Assembly: GCA_041662585.1 (NCBI GenBank)
Contig: JBAZSG010000005.1
Coordinates: forward strand, 68,181 to 132,180
Source of the DNA: Patescibacteria group bacterium
GTDB lineage: Bacteria; Patescibacteriota; Patescibacteriia; UBA1558; GWA2-36-10
Length of the DNA: 64,000 nucleotides
Direction: 5' to 3'
The notes under the pieces are model-generated. The model was not told where the DNA came from and did no database searches. It worked only from the letters and a program-made list of their open reading frames with translations. This document shows, piece by piece, positions 19,012 to 28,651 of the stretch; the first letter of the stretch is position 1; each line of letters begins with the position of its first letter. Made by a program: the position numbers and the translations under genes.

Positions 19012-19758
19012 ATGGGAATTTTAGAAGCATTATTATTAGCTATAGTTCAAGGAGTCGCCGAATGGCTACCTATTTCAAGTTCTGGACACTTGGTTTTATT
19101 TGAGCATTTTTTAAATATCAAAGAAGCTAGTTTGTCTTTTGATATATTTTTACATTTAGCTTCTTTGGGAGTTATCTTTTTATTTTTTAAAAAAGAAATA
19201 ATAGAAATTATCAAGGCTCCTTTTAATTCTCAAAAACAGGAAAAAGAAAATTGGTGGTGGTATGTAGTAATATCTAGTATTTTTACAGCTATTATTGGTT
19301 ATTTTTTATACGAAAGGATAGATTCATTTCGTACGGTTTCTTCGGTGACCAACTGGTTGCTTATTAGTTCTTTGCTTCTTTTAGCTACCAAGTTTTCCAA
19401 AGGAGAAAAATCTTTAAATTGGAAACACGCTGTACTGTTGGGCATTATACAAGGTTTTGCAGTTTTACCAGGATTATCAAGGAGTGGAGCAGTAATAGCA
19501 TTGGCTTTGATATTAAAAATAAAAAAACAACAAGCCTTTGAGTATGGTTTTATAGTGGCTATTCCAGCTATGTTTGGTTCATTTTTATTGACGGTCAAAG
19601 ATTTTGTTTTTGAGCCAATTTATATATTTGCTTTTATACTTACTTTCATCATTGGTTATCTTTCTTTAAAAGTTTTAAATATCTTGATGAAGAGAGATTA
19701 TTTTTATATGTTTTTTGTTTATACTTTACTAATGTCCTTAATTATAAAATTAACCTAA
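19012..19758 (+). CDS. uppP: Undecaprenyl-diphosphatase
   Basis: QGVAEWLPISSSGH, PGLSRSG. Confidence 0.92.
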   Translation: MGILEALLLAIVQGVAEWLPISSSGHLVLFEHFLNIKEASLSFDIFLHLASLGVIFLFFKKEIIEIIKAPFNSQKQEKENWWWYVVISSIFTAIIGYFLYERIDSFRTVSSVTNWLLISSLLLLATKFSKGEKSLNWKHAVLLGIIQGFAVLPGLSRSGAVIALALILKIKKQQAFEYGFIVAIPAMFGSFLLTVKDFVFEPIYIFAFILTFIIGYLSLKVLNILMKRDYFYMFFVYTLLMSLIIKLT

Positions 19759-20808
19759 ATGATTTATCCAATAATATTATCCGGAGGAGTGGGCAAAAGA
19801 CTTTGGCCAGTATCTAGTCAAAGCAATCCCAAACAATTTCAAAAATTGTTTAATGATCAGAGCCTTTTACAAAATACCTATCAACGTATGATAAGTGGTT
19901 TTGCTAAAGATAATATTTTTGTAGTTAGTAATATTGATTCTTTGGGTAATATTAAATCACAAATTGATATCAAAGAAGCCAATCTAGTTTTAGAGCCAGA
20001 AAGAAAGGGGACGGCCATGGCCATTGGTATAGCAGCTATTAAGATATTTTCTATAGACCAAGATGCTGTTGTAGTCAATATCAATAGTGATTCTTATGTT
20101 AAAGAAGTAAATAAGTATTTGGCTATCATAAAACAAGCTGCCAAAGTAGCTGAGCAAGAAGAAAAGATGGTTTTGATAGGCGTAGAGCCTAGTTATCCAG
20201 AAATAGCCTATGGTTATATAGAAGCTGATCAGAAAATTGATAAAAATGTATTTGCAGTCAAATCTTTTAAGGAAAAGCCTGATAGAAAAACAGCTGAGCA
20301 ATATATCAAAGATAAGTTTTTGTGGAATCCTACTTTATTAGTTTTTCCAGCCAAAAAATTATTAGAATGGTATAAAGAATTTTTACCAGCCACCTATGAT
20401 GCTTTGATTAAAATAAAAGAATCAAATTTTAAAAAAGAAATAATTATTCAAGAATATAAAAATGTAGAAAATATATCTATTGATTATGGCTTACTTGAAA
20501 AAATGAATGGTATGTTGCTGATGCCGACTGATATTACTTGGTCAGATATTGGTAATTGGCGTAGTCTGAGAGATATTGTAGCCAAAAATAAAAAAGATAA
20601 TGTGTCCAATGTAAAAAACATTTCTATAGATAGTAAAAATAATTTATTTTATTCAAATAGCGATAAACTCATTGCTAGCATTGGAGTTGAAGATATGATT
20701 TTAGTAGAAACAGCTGATGTAATATTTTTGTGTCCAGCTGACAAAGCACAAGAAGTAAAGCTATTACTTGAAAAAATGAAAAAAGAAAATTTAGACAAAT
20801 ATTTATGA
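19759..20808 (+). CDS. manC: Mannose-1-phosphate guanylyltransferase
   Basis: ILSGGVGKRLWP..PKQF, YGYI, FKEKP, SIDY, WSDIG. Confidence 0.85.
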   Translation: MIYPIILSGGVGKRLWPVSSQSNPKQFQKLFNDQSLLQNTYQRMISGFAKDNIFVVSNIDSLGNIKSQIDIKEANLVLEPERKGTAMAIGIAAIKIFSIDQDAVVVNINSDSYVKEVNKYLAIIKQAAKVAEQEEKMVLIGVEPSYPEIAYGYIEADQKIDKNVFAVKSFKEKPDRKTAEQYIKDKFLWNPTLLVFPAKKLLEWYKEFLPATYDALIKIKESNFKKEIIIQEYKNVENISIDYGLLEKMNGMLLMPTDITWSDIGNWRSLRDIVAKNKKDNVSNVKNISIDSKNNLFYSNSDKLIASIGVEDMILVETADVIFLCPADKAQEVKLLLEKMKKENLDKYL

Positions 20809-21797
20809 AAAAATTTATTATAAAATTAATTTTAACTTTTTCTTTTATAGTTTGTATTTGGTTTGTCATTTCAGTAGTCAGTGGTAATGGTTCAAATAGT
20901 AAAACTTTTGTAGTAAGAGATGGGCAAGGCGTCAATGCTATTAGTGAAGAGCTCTATGATGCCAATTTGATAAAAAATAAATTTGTTTTTGAGACTTGGT
21001 TGTGGTTCAAAAAATCAGAATCAAAAATTATAGCTGGTGTTTATGATGTGCCAGCCAATATCTCAATTTCTCATTTGAGAAATTTGTTTATTTTGGGTCC
21101 AGGACAATCTCAATATGCTGTTACTCTCATAGAAGGCTGGACTAGAGATTTGATGAGACAGACACTAGATGAAGCAGAAATTGATAGTGCTAGATTTATG
21201 TCGCTTAGTTCTCAAGCTAGTGATTGGCAGAAAGATTATGATTTTTTAGCTGATGTACCAAATGGAGCTAGTTTAGAGGGCTATATTTTCCCAGATACAT
21301 ATTTTGTTGATCAGTCTACTAGTGAAGAAGTTTTGATTAAGAAGACTTTAAACAATTTTGACAAAAAATTGACTCAAGATATTCGTGCTGAAATTAAAAA
21401 ACAAGACAAAACAATTTTTGAAGTCATTACCTTGGCTTCTATAGTAGAGCGGGAAGTACCAAATGCAGAAGACAAAAAAATGGTAGCCGATATATTTTTG
21501 AAAAGACTAGAAGCTGGCATTGGTTTACAATCTGATGCCACAGTAAATTATGTGACTGGCAAAGGTTTAGCACAGCCTACTTATGCTGATTTAGAAATAG
21601 ATTCACCATATAATACTTACAAATACAGAGGATTGCCACCAGGACCAATATCCAATCCTGGTATAGATAGTATCAAGGCTGTAGTTTATCCAACGGCCAA
21701 TGATTATTATTATTTTTTGACTACCAAAGATGGAGAGGTGATATATAGCAAAGATTATGATGAACATTTAGTCAATAAAGCCAAATATTTAGATTAG
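20805..21797 (+). CDS. mltG: Endolytic transglycosylase MltG
   Basis: LEGYIFPDTY, ASIVERE, SPYNTY..GLPPGPISNPG. Confidence 0.93.
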   Translation: MKKFIIKLILTFSFIVCIWFVISVVSGNGSNSKTFVVRDGQGVNAISEELYDANLIKNKFVFETWLWFKKSESKIIAGVYDVPANISISHLRNLFILGPGQSQYAVTLIEGWTRDLMRQTLDEAEIDSARFMSLSSQASDWQKDYDFLADVPNGASLEGYIFPDTYFVDQSTSEEVLIKKTLNNFDKKLTQDIRAEIKKQDKTIFEVITLASIVEREVPNAEDKKMVADIFLKRLEAGIGLQSDATVNYVTGKGLAQPTYADLEIDSPYNTYKYRGLPPGPISNPGIDSIKAVVYPTANDYYYFLTTKDGEVIYSKDYDEHLVNKAKYLD

Positions 21798-21874
21798 TTT
21801 TTATTTTTAGATATTTACTTTCTTGACATTATTGTATTTTTACTATATAATAATCACATAATTTAAATATAAAT

Positions 21875-21983
21875 GGCCGTAGACAGTGGGTTTCTAGCTA
21901 ATATTAGCCAAGAATTAAATATCCTACCGAGGTAGAAAAAACTAGTTTTTCAGCTGTCTGCGCTATTATACGCAGATTTTTTT
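21875..21983 (+). ncRNA. L10 leader (rplJ autoregulatory RNA)
   Basis: ccgtagacagtgg...ttaaatatcctaccgagg consensus-like core, then hairpin + T tract before rplJ. Confidence 0.75.
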
Positions 21984-21996
21984 AATAAACAAATAT

Positions 21997-22518
21997 ATGC
22001 CTAAAACTAAAGAACAAAAACAGGAAGCTTTAAAAGTGCTTCAAGAAAAATTAAAAGATAGTAAAGCAGTAGTTTTTTCTTCAGATACTGGGTCCAATGT
22101 CAAGGTAATAAACGAGCTTAGAAGAGAATTGAAAGCCAATAATGCCGAATACTTAGTAGTTAAAAAAACTATTCTTAAAAAAGCTATTAAAGATATGGGA
22201 GAGACAGATCAATTGGATGATTTGGCTGGTTCTGTAGCTTTGACACTTTCATATCATGATGAAGTATCTGGCGCCAAAATTTTGAATAAATATGCCAAAG
22301 GTAGTGAAGTTTTAAAACTTGGTGGTGGTATTTTGGAACATACTTTTATTGTTCCAGAAGTGGTTAAGAGATTAGCTACTTTGCCTTCTAGAGAAGAATT
22401 GCTAGCCAAATTATTAGGCTCTATCAATAGACCTCTCAGTGGCTTAGTCGGAGTATTATCTGGCACTACACGTAATTTTGTTGGAGTACTTAGTGCTATT
22501 AAAGACACAAAAAAATAA
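21997..22518 (+). CDS. rplJ: 50S ribosomal protein L10
   Basis: VVKKT, LPSREELLAKL; adjacent to rplL. Confidence 0.95.
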   Translation: MPKTKEQKQEALKVLQEKLKDSKAVVFSSDTGSNVKVINELRRELKANNAEYLVVKKTILKKAIKDMGETDQLDDLAGSVALTLSYHDEVSGAKILNKYAKGSEVLKLGGGILEHTFIVPEVVKRLATLPSREELLAKLLGSINRPLSGLVGVLSGTTRNFVGVLSAIKDTKK

Positions 22519-22560
22519 TTAATTAAATTTTATATAAAAAATTAAGAAAGGATAAAAAAT

Positions 22561-22962
22561 ATGTCAGAAGAAAAAAAAGACGTAACAGTTCCGGCAAAGT
22601 TTAAAAGCCTTGTTGAGGAAATTGAAAAAATGTCTGTGTTAGATCTTTCAGAATTAGTTTCTATTCTAGAAGATAAATTTGGTGTTAGTGCTGCTGCTCC
22701 AGTAGCTATGGTTGCTGCTCCAGCTGCTGCCGGTGAAGCCCCAGAAGAAAAAACTTCATTTAATGTTGAATTGACTTCAGCTGGTGCAAACAAAATTGCT
22801 AGTATCAAAGTTGTTCGTGAAATCACTCAACTTGGTCTTAAAGAAGCAAAAGACATGGTTGATGGAGCTCCAGTAAATGTCAAAGAAGGAGTTTCTAAAG
22901 AAGAAGCTGAAGAAATCAAGAAAAAGCTTGAAGAAGCTGGTGGAAGCGTAACTTTGAAATAA
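22561..22962 (+). CDS. rplL: 50S ribosomal protein L7/L12
   Basis: [15 protein letters not shown]. Confidence 0.97.
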   Translation: MSEEKKDVTVPAKFKSLVEEIEKMSVLDLSELVSILEDKFGVSAAAPVAMVAAPAAAGEAPEEKTSFNVELTSAGANKIASIKVVREITQLGLKEAKDMVDGAPVNVKEGVSKEEAEEIKKKLEEAGGSVTLK

Positions 22963-22972
22963 TTTTAATATA

Positions 22973-23003
22973 AAAAACACCTCTGTTAATGGGGTGTTTT
23001 TTT
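22973..23003. terminator. Bidirectional terminator after rplL
   Basis: aaaaaacacctc...ggggtgttttttt. Confidence 0.7.
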
Positions 23004-23020
23004 GTTTGTTAAAAAATTTA

Positions 23021-25129
23021 TTAGTTGATAGCTAGAAGATATAGATGCTGATTGTTTAATAAATAAATAGCCTTTTCATCTGGATCTATAGCTAGATCTT
23101 TTAGATTATCAAATTTTTGACTAGTATACTGGTCTTTAATATTGCCTTGTTTGTCTAGTATTATTACACGATTGTTTGTTGGATCTATAATATATAGATA
23201 ATCAGAATCTCTAAATGTTTTGATGATGGCGCCATTGCCTATTGCTGGATGGGGTATTTTATACTCAAATTTTTCTAGAGAACCTTTGAGGAAATTTTTG
23301 ATTTTACCATCATTTTCTATCATATAAACACTACCATCAATAGTAAGACTAGAGCTTTGTGAGGTGTCTATTTCTTCTTTTAGCCAAGGCTGACCACCGG
23401 CAAAACCACCACCACTTTCGGGGTATTTGAATATTTGCTTATTTTGATTGTCCAATACATAAAGATTATTGCCATAAACTACTAGGTCTTTTACCGCAGT
23501 ATTGTTACTATTTTGCTTCAGATCACCAGTAATTTGTTTTTTTTCTAGATCAAAAATAATATAATTTATTTCATCACTAGCGTTTAAACTACTAAGTACG
23601 ATTTTATTTTTATCTGGCCAGTCAGTCATAGATTGTATTACTTGTCCACCAGCAAAATTGAATATTTCTTCTAATGTATCAGCTTGTATTTTGTACAATT
23701 TATTATCACCAAAAATATAAAATACACCATTTTTTTGTACAATATCTTGAGTATTTGTCAGATAAGTAGTCATATCAAATTTTTCCAAAGGAGATACTAC
23801 AATATTGATGTGGCGTATATCATTTATTTTGTAAAAAACAGTTTCAGCTAGTTTATCTATTTGTTTTTGTTGTTCAGGGGAGCTTGCTACCATAGACTTT
23901 ATCAAATCTTGAATTTCCAGCAGTATATTTTCAGCCGCTTGTTCGTCGTTGTAGATGAGTTTGGCATCTACTTCTTGGTATTTGGCATCTATAGCTATAA
24001 GAGTGTTATTAAAATCTTCATTTTTATTTTCATCAGCTTTTTCTTGAGTCAAAAATACCAGACTTTGTAAAAATACAAGGGCAATCACAAATAATCCGAT
24101 GATAGCAATTCTTTTTTTTGTACTTAGATGTTGCCACCAATGATATTTTTTATCAGTAATTTCTTTTATGCTATCGATAGTTTTTTCTTCTTTTCTTTTT
24201 CTAAAATTTGGAGAAAATAAAAATAAGAAAGAATATTTTATTTTTTGACCAATAAAAGCAAAGATAGAGGCAATGGTTTTAAAATATAAGCTTATTAGAG
24301 AAAAAATAGAACCAGTTTTTTTTATGACGCCTACATTTTTAAAGCCACTGATATCTACGACTGTTTTGGTGCGAGGCGTACTAGTATGGGATTGATTATG
24401 GTCAATAGCTATAATATCACTGATTTTCTCATCTTCTTGGTCAATAGATTTTTTGATATCTGCAGGAGCTATTTCTCTATCATTTACACCTGGTTTTTTG
24501 ATAATAATAGAATTAAAAGTAACAAAGTCAGGGACAGTTTCTAACAATTCATTTATTTTGATAGCCGCTGCCGAAGGAGAATAATGGTCGACTAGTTGTT
24601 TGGTTTTTTCTTTGGAAATATAATCAAATAAAGAATTGGTGGATATTATCAGAGCATCTCCATCGTCTAGTTCGCCACTTATAATATCAGAAAATATCTT
24701 ATTTGGATTGATATTATCATTTTTATCCATGATAGTAGTCAGCTGTTTACTGTGTATGAGTAGTCCATGGATATTACCAATCCCAGCCATAAAAACACTG
24801 TTATTGTGCATAATACCAACACTTAGGTCTATGGTATTGAGCCAGTTGTGTATTTTTAGGGAAGAGCTCATTTCTGGCAGTATTTGATTGATTTTTTGGA
24901 GTGTTTCTTCTAGCAAAATTTCAGGATTATCTTGATGGCTAGTATCAAAAAAAGTAGCAATTTCATTGATCAATTGGTCTACATAAGGCTGTTGATCTAT
25001 CTTTTGCTTTGGTACTTCAAATATAATAAATAAACGACCATGATTGGAGGAATCACTCATGTATACTTCAGAGAGCTCCCGAGCATTTAGATGGTCGTGA
25101 GTAAATATTTTATGATATTTTAAACCCAT
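23021..25129 (-). CDS. Membrane protein: degenerate PP2C-like N-terminus, one TM, extracellular beta-propeller
   Basis: SGELDDGDALIIST segment; TM IAIIGLFVIALVFL; NHL-like repeats (LYVLD, LYIID). Confidence 0.55.
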   Translation of the reverse strand: MGLKYHKIFTHDHLNARELSEVYMSDSSNHGRLFIIFEVPKQKIDQQPYVDQLINEIATFFDTSHQDNPEILLEETLQKINQILPEMSSSLKIHNWLNTIDLSVGIMHNNSVFMAGIGNIHGLLIHSKQLTTIMDKNDNINPNKIFSDIISGELDDGDALIISTNSLFDYISKEKTKQLVDHYSPSAAAIKINELLETVPDFVTFNSIIIKKPGVNDREIAPADIKKSIDQEDEKISDIIAIDHNQSHTSTPRTKTVVDISGFKNVGVIKKTGSIFSLISLYFKTIASIFAFIGQKIKYSFLFLFSPNFRKRKEEKTIDSIKEITDKKYHWWQHLSTKKRIAIIGLFVIALVFLQSLVFLTQEKADENKNEDFNNTLIAIDAKYQEVDAKLIYNDEQAAENILLEIQDLIKSMVASSPEQQKQIDKLAETVFYKINDIRHINIVVSPLEKFDMTTYLTNTQDIVQKNGVFYIFGDNKLYKIQADTLEEIFNFAGGQVIQSMTDWPDKNKIVLSSLNASDEINYIIFDLEKKQITGDLKQNSNNTAVKDLVVYGNNLYVLDNQNKQIFKYPESGGGFAGGQPWLKEEIDTSQSSSLTIDGSVYMIENDGKIKNFLKGSLEKFEYKIPHPAIGNGAIIKTFRDSDYLYIIDPTNNRVIILDKQGNIKDQYTSQKFDNLKDLAIDPDEKAIYLLNNQHLYLLAIN

Positions 25130-25203
25130 GATTTTACTTTTATAGTAATTAATATTATACTATATTTGAGTATTTTAGTAAATAAAATTCGCTCAAAAGC
25201 AAT

Positions 25204-25812
25204 ATGCTTGAACAAATTCTTTCTTCAGTTGCCAGAACCAAGATATTAAAGTTTTTTTGTGTCCATGCACAAGAGAAGTTTTTTGTTAGAGAATTGGCTA
25301 GATTGCTCAATGTACAGCTCAATTCTATCCGACGTGAGCTGGATAATCTAGAAAATTTTGGTTTTCTAAAATCTGAAGAAACCAATTCAAAAAAGTATTA
25401 TTATACCAATTTAGACTTTTCTTTATTTCCAGAAATTAAAAATCTTGTTTTCAAATCTTTGGCTCTAGAAGAAATGAATATTGCCAACAAGATGTCCAAA
25501 ATATCCGGTTTAAAGCTCTTGCTTTTTACGGGAGTACTTACTCAATCGGCAGCAGCTACAGATGTAGTGATAGTTGGTAATGTCAATAAAACAAAATTTG
25601 ATAAATATCTCAAGAAAATAGCTGATGGATTACCAGAAGATTTGCGTTATACTTTTTTACCACTCAAAGAATATTTATATAGATTAGATATTACAGATAA
25701 ATTTATTTATGATATTTGGGCCAATCCACATGTGATTGTGGTTGATAAAATATCAGCCGATATCACCCAAAAGAAACTAGAAGATTATCAATTTAAGCAT
25801 TTTAAAGAATAA
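25204..25812 (+). CDS. Winged-helix regulator with degenerate nucleotidyltransferase-like C-terminus
   Basis: FVRELAR...IRRELDNLE wHTH; TDVVIVG. Confidence 0.7.
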   Translation: MLEQILSSVARTKILKFFCVHAQEKFFVRELARLLNVQLNSIRRELDNLENFGFLKSEETNSKKYYYTNLDFSLFPEIKNLVFKSLALEEMNIANKMSKISGLKLLLFTGVLTQSAAATDVVIVGNVNKTKFDKYLKKIADGLPEDLRYTFLPLKEYLYRLDITDKFIYDIWANPHVIVVDKISADITQKKLEDYQFKHFKE

Positions 25813-26138
25813 TAATATGAGTAAAAGCAAATTGGGTATTTTATTAATGATTATTGGGACATTGTTTACTATTTTTTCATTTACTTTACGCTTACAAAAG
25901 TATATGTGTTGTGATTCTTTTGCCGGGGTAAAAATTGGCAGCGCCATAGATGTTTGGATAAATAATTACCAACAAAGGTATTCCGGAGCTTGTAATGTTT
26001 GTAATGACACTGGTGCCATACCCAATTATTATTACATTCCAATAGAATTTATATTTATAGGATTAATAATATTTTTTATCGGCTTTAGAATTTACTGGAA
26101 ACAAAAAAGAAGATTATCAGTTTAAGCATTTTAAAGAA
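25779..26138 (+). repeat. 31-bp direct repeat, 30/31 identical (25779-25809, 26108-26138)
   Basis: agaagattatca(a/g)tttaagcattttaaagaa. Confidence 0.88.
25817..26125 (+). CDS. Two-TM small protein with Cys-rich loop
   Basis: Two hydrophobic helices; CC and CNVC in the loop. Confidence 0.55.
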   Translation: MSKSKLGILLMIIGTLFTIFSFTLRLQKYMCCDSFAGVKIGSAIDVWINNYQQRYSGACNVCNDTGAIPNYYYIPIEFIFIGLIIFFIGFRIYWKQKRRLSV

Positions 26139-26149
26139 GAAGATATTAA

Positions 26150-26578
26150 ATGATTTTGGTATTAAATATATTAAGTATAGAAAAAGGAACTTGGTTAGTT
26201 GTAAAAAATGACCAAATTCTTTTTTCTCATGATTTTAAAATAAATAGAGGAGAGGATAAAAGTCTTTTAGAGTTACAAAAACTATTACAGGATAACAAAT
26301 TAAAGCTAGAAAATTTTTCTGGCTTTATACTACTAGTCAAAGATGCTAGTATGACGCAAGTAAAAATATTTACTATAACGGCCAATACTTTGGCTTGGCA
26401 ATTTGATTGGCCAATATTGGCAGACTATTATTTTAAAGAAGACAATGAAAAGATCTTGATCAAAATTTTAAAAAAATTAGCTAAAATAAAAAAATTTAAA
26501 GCTGTAATTCCAAAATATAGTCGAAAGGTTGATATTTCTATTTCTAAAAAACAAAGTAAGTATAAAATAAGTAAATAA
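26150..26578 (+). CDS. Short, degenerate TsaB-like protein
   Basis: LLELQKLL..LENFSGF..ASMTQVKI..TANTLAW..P aligns by eye with TsaB, lacking GPGSFTG. Confidence 0.5.
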   Translation: MILVLNILSIEKGTWLVVKNDQILFSHDFKINRGEDKSLLELQKLLQDNKLKLENFSGFILLVKDASMTQVKIFTITANTLAWQFDWPILADYYFKEDNEKILIKILKKLAKIKKFKAVIPKYSRKVDISISKKQSKYKISK

Positions 26579-26591
26579 ATAATAGTACAAT

Positions 26592-26657
26592 TTGCTCTTA
26601 GTATAAGCTATTGCTAACGACTTTCGTCTAATCGCTCTTAGCTTATACTATTCGCAA
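26592..26657 (-). repeat. Structured intergenic element, family B copy 1
   Basis: Similar to 48871-48936; long palindromic stem. Confidence 0.85.
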
Positions 26658-26679
26658 ACAAAGTACTTATATTAATAAT

Positions 26680-26709
26680 AAAACACTACTTGAAAGCAAG
26701 TGGTGTTTT
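26680..26709 (+). terminator. Terminator hairpin
   Basis: aaaacactactt-gaaagc-aagtggtgtttt. Confidence 0.65.
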
Positions 26710-26718
26710 ATGTTTTAG

Positions 26719-26848
26719 TTATCCACATATTTGTGCACAACTAAGGTCTTTACTGATGTTGACGTTTTGGCTAACGGTGGGGTATAATGTATTTAAGTTC
26801 CACAAGAGTGGAGAAAAGTGGGGGATTTATAAAAATAACTGTGGATAA
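26719..26848 (+). promoter_or_regulatory. mraZ promoter with MraZ boxes and DnaA boxes
   Basis: TTGACG-N18-TATAAT (26759-26788); GTGG(A/G)G at 26777, 26808, 26818; TTATCCACA 26719-26727 and TGTGGATAA 26840-26848. Confidence 0.75.
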
Positions 26849-26859
26849 GTATTCTATAT

Positions 26860-27291
26860 ATGTTTATTGGCGAATATAAATATAATCTAGATGATAAGAA
26901 CCGTTTAGCTTTACCTAGTAAATTTAGGAAGCTTTTTACGTCTGGAGCAGTTATTACCAAAGGACTAGATAATTGTTTGTTTATTTATACTGATAAAGAA
27001 TGGAAAAAGTTAGCTGACAAATTGGCCAATTTGCCATTTTCTCAAGCCAAGTCTCGTGCTTTTTCTCGTATGATGCTCGCTGGAGCAATGGATGTTACTT
27101 TAGACAAACAAGGAAGAATTATTTTACCAGATTATCTCAAAGATTTTGGTGGCTTAAACAAAAAAGTAGTTGTAGCTGGTTTATACAATCGTCTTGAAGT
27201 TTGGGATGAAAAGATGTGGTCAAAATATCAACGTACATCTGAAAAAGATTCCAATGAAATTGCTGAAGGTTTAGTAGATTTAGGAATTTAA
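26860..27291 (+). CDS. mraZ: Transcriptional regulator MraZ
   Basis: MFIGEY, LDDKNR, DKQGRI. Confidence 0.97.
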   Translation: MFIGEYKYNLDDKNRLALPSKFRKLFTSGAVITKGLDNCLFIYTDKEWKKLADKLANLPFSQAKSRAFSRMMLAGAMDVTLDKQGRIILPDYLKDFGGLNKKVVVAGLYNRLEVWDEKMWSKYQRTSEKDSNEIAEGLVDLGI

Positions 27292-27293
27292 TC

Positions 27294-28259
27294 ATGACAG
27301 AATATCAGCACACCAGCGTGCTTAAAGATGAGCTGATAGCTTTACTGACACCACAGAGCAATCAGAATTATATTGATCTTACTTTGGGAGGAGGGGGACA
27401 CAGCAAAGCCATATTGGAGCATACAGGACCAAAGGGAAAAGTATTGGCTTTTGAGATGGATGGTCGTGCTATAAGAGCTGCCAAAGGTAATCTAAAAGAA
27501 TATAAAGACAGATTGATTATTGTAAATAGTTCTTATATAAATTTAGAATCAGAAGTTAAAAAACATAAGATTGAAGATATAGCAGGTATAGTAGCAGATT
27601 TAGGACTGTCGTCTGACCAATTGGATAAAGCGGATAGAGGCTTTTCATTTAAGGATCATGGATCACTGGACATGAGGTTTGATCCAAATGGTCAGACGCT
27701 TACTGCTTCAGATATAGTCATAGATTGGACTGAAGCACAAATTTTAAAAATATTTCGTGAGTATGGTGAAGTAAAACAGGCCCAGCGCCTGGCCAAAGGA
27801 CTTGTCTCTTGGCGAAAAAACTTGGACAAACAAAAACAAAAATCCATAAAAACTTCCATGCTTGTCGGCGCCATACTCCGAATATTGAATATCAAAGAAA
27901 CAAGTTTAAAAAGATTTCGTATTCATCCAGCTACCCAAGTATTTCAAGCACTTCGTATTGCCGTAAATGATGAATTGGGTAATTTAAAAAAAGTTTTGCC
28001 ACAAGCTTATAATATACTATCTCCAGGCGGGCGCTTGGCAGTAATCAGTTTTCATTCTCTTGAAGATCGTATCGTCAAACATTATTTCAAGGAAATGTCC
28101 AAAGGATGTATTTGCCCGCCAGAGATTCCGGTATGTAGATGTGGAAATAAAGCAAAAATAAGATTGATTACTAAAAAAGCTATCAAACCAAGTAAAGAAG
28201 AGATAGTCAAAAATTTTCGTAGTCGTAGCGCCATACTTAGAGTAATAGAAAAAATTTAA
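27294..28259 (+). CDS. rsmH: 16S rRNA m4C methyltransferase
   Basis: DLTLGGGGH, DLGLSS, FQALRIAVNDEL, SFHSLEDR. Confidence 0.97.
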   Translation: MTEYQHTSVLKDELIALLTPQSNQNYIDLTLGGGGHSKAILEHTGPKGKVLAFEMDGRAIRAAKGNLKEYKDRLIIVNSSYINLESEVKKHKIEDIAGIVADLGLSSDQLDKADRGFSFKDHGSLDMRFDPNGQTLTASDIVIDWTEAQILKIFREYGEVKQAQRLAKGLVSWRKNLDKQKQKSIKTSMLVGAILRILNIKETSLKRFRIHPATQVFQALRIAVNDELGNLKKVLPQAYNILSPGGRLAVISFHSLEDRIVKHYFKEMSKGCICPPEIPVCRCGNKAKIRLITKKAIKPSKEEIVKNFRSRSAILRVIEKI

Positions 28260-28264
28260 AATAT

Positions 28265-28588
28265 ATGTCAAAAACAAAAACAAAATTAATCAATGCTTGG
28301 CAAATTGTCAAAAACGGCAATATTTTTATGGTAGTTAGTTTGGTTTTATTGCTAATGACCATGCTTGTGTCTACCAATCATGCCAATAGTCAATCATTGG
28401 AGATAAACGACATCAATCAGCAAATTAGAAAGGCTGAAGACGAATTGAGATTGTACAATGCCAATATTGGTCAATTGCAAACTACAGAGCGTATTGAGCA
28501 AGAAAGTCAAAGACTAAATTTGGTAAAGATTCAAACTCAAGACATTTTTTATGTCGATGGAGAACGCGATTTAGTTGCTTTAAGATAG
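28265..28588 (+). CDS. ftsL: FtsL-like cell division protein
   Basis: TM + coiled coil between rsmH and ftsI. Confidence 0.6.
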   Translation: MSKTKTKLINAWQIVKNGNIFMVVSLVLLLMTMLVSTNHANSQSLEINDINQQIRKAEDELRLYNANIGQLQTTERIEQESQRLNLVKIQTQDIFYVDGERDLVALR

Positions 28589-28651
28589 TTATTGTTTGAT
28601 ACTAGTTTTAGTAAATACAGAAAATTATCAATTTTGTGTATAATAACATTT

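Noticed and set aside
26700-26860. Replication origin
   Set aside because: Only two perfect DnaA boxes, no dnaA/dnaN nearby, and the region is explained as the mraZ promoter
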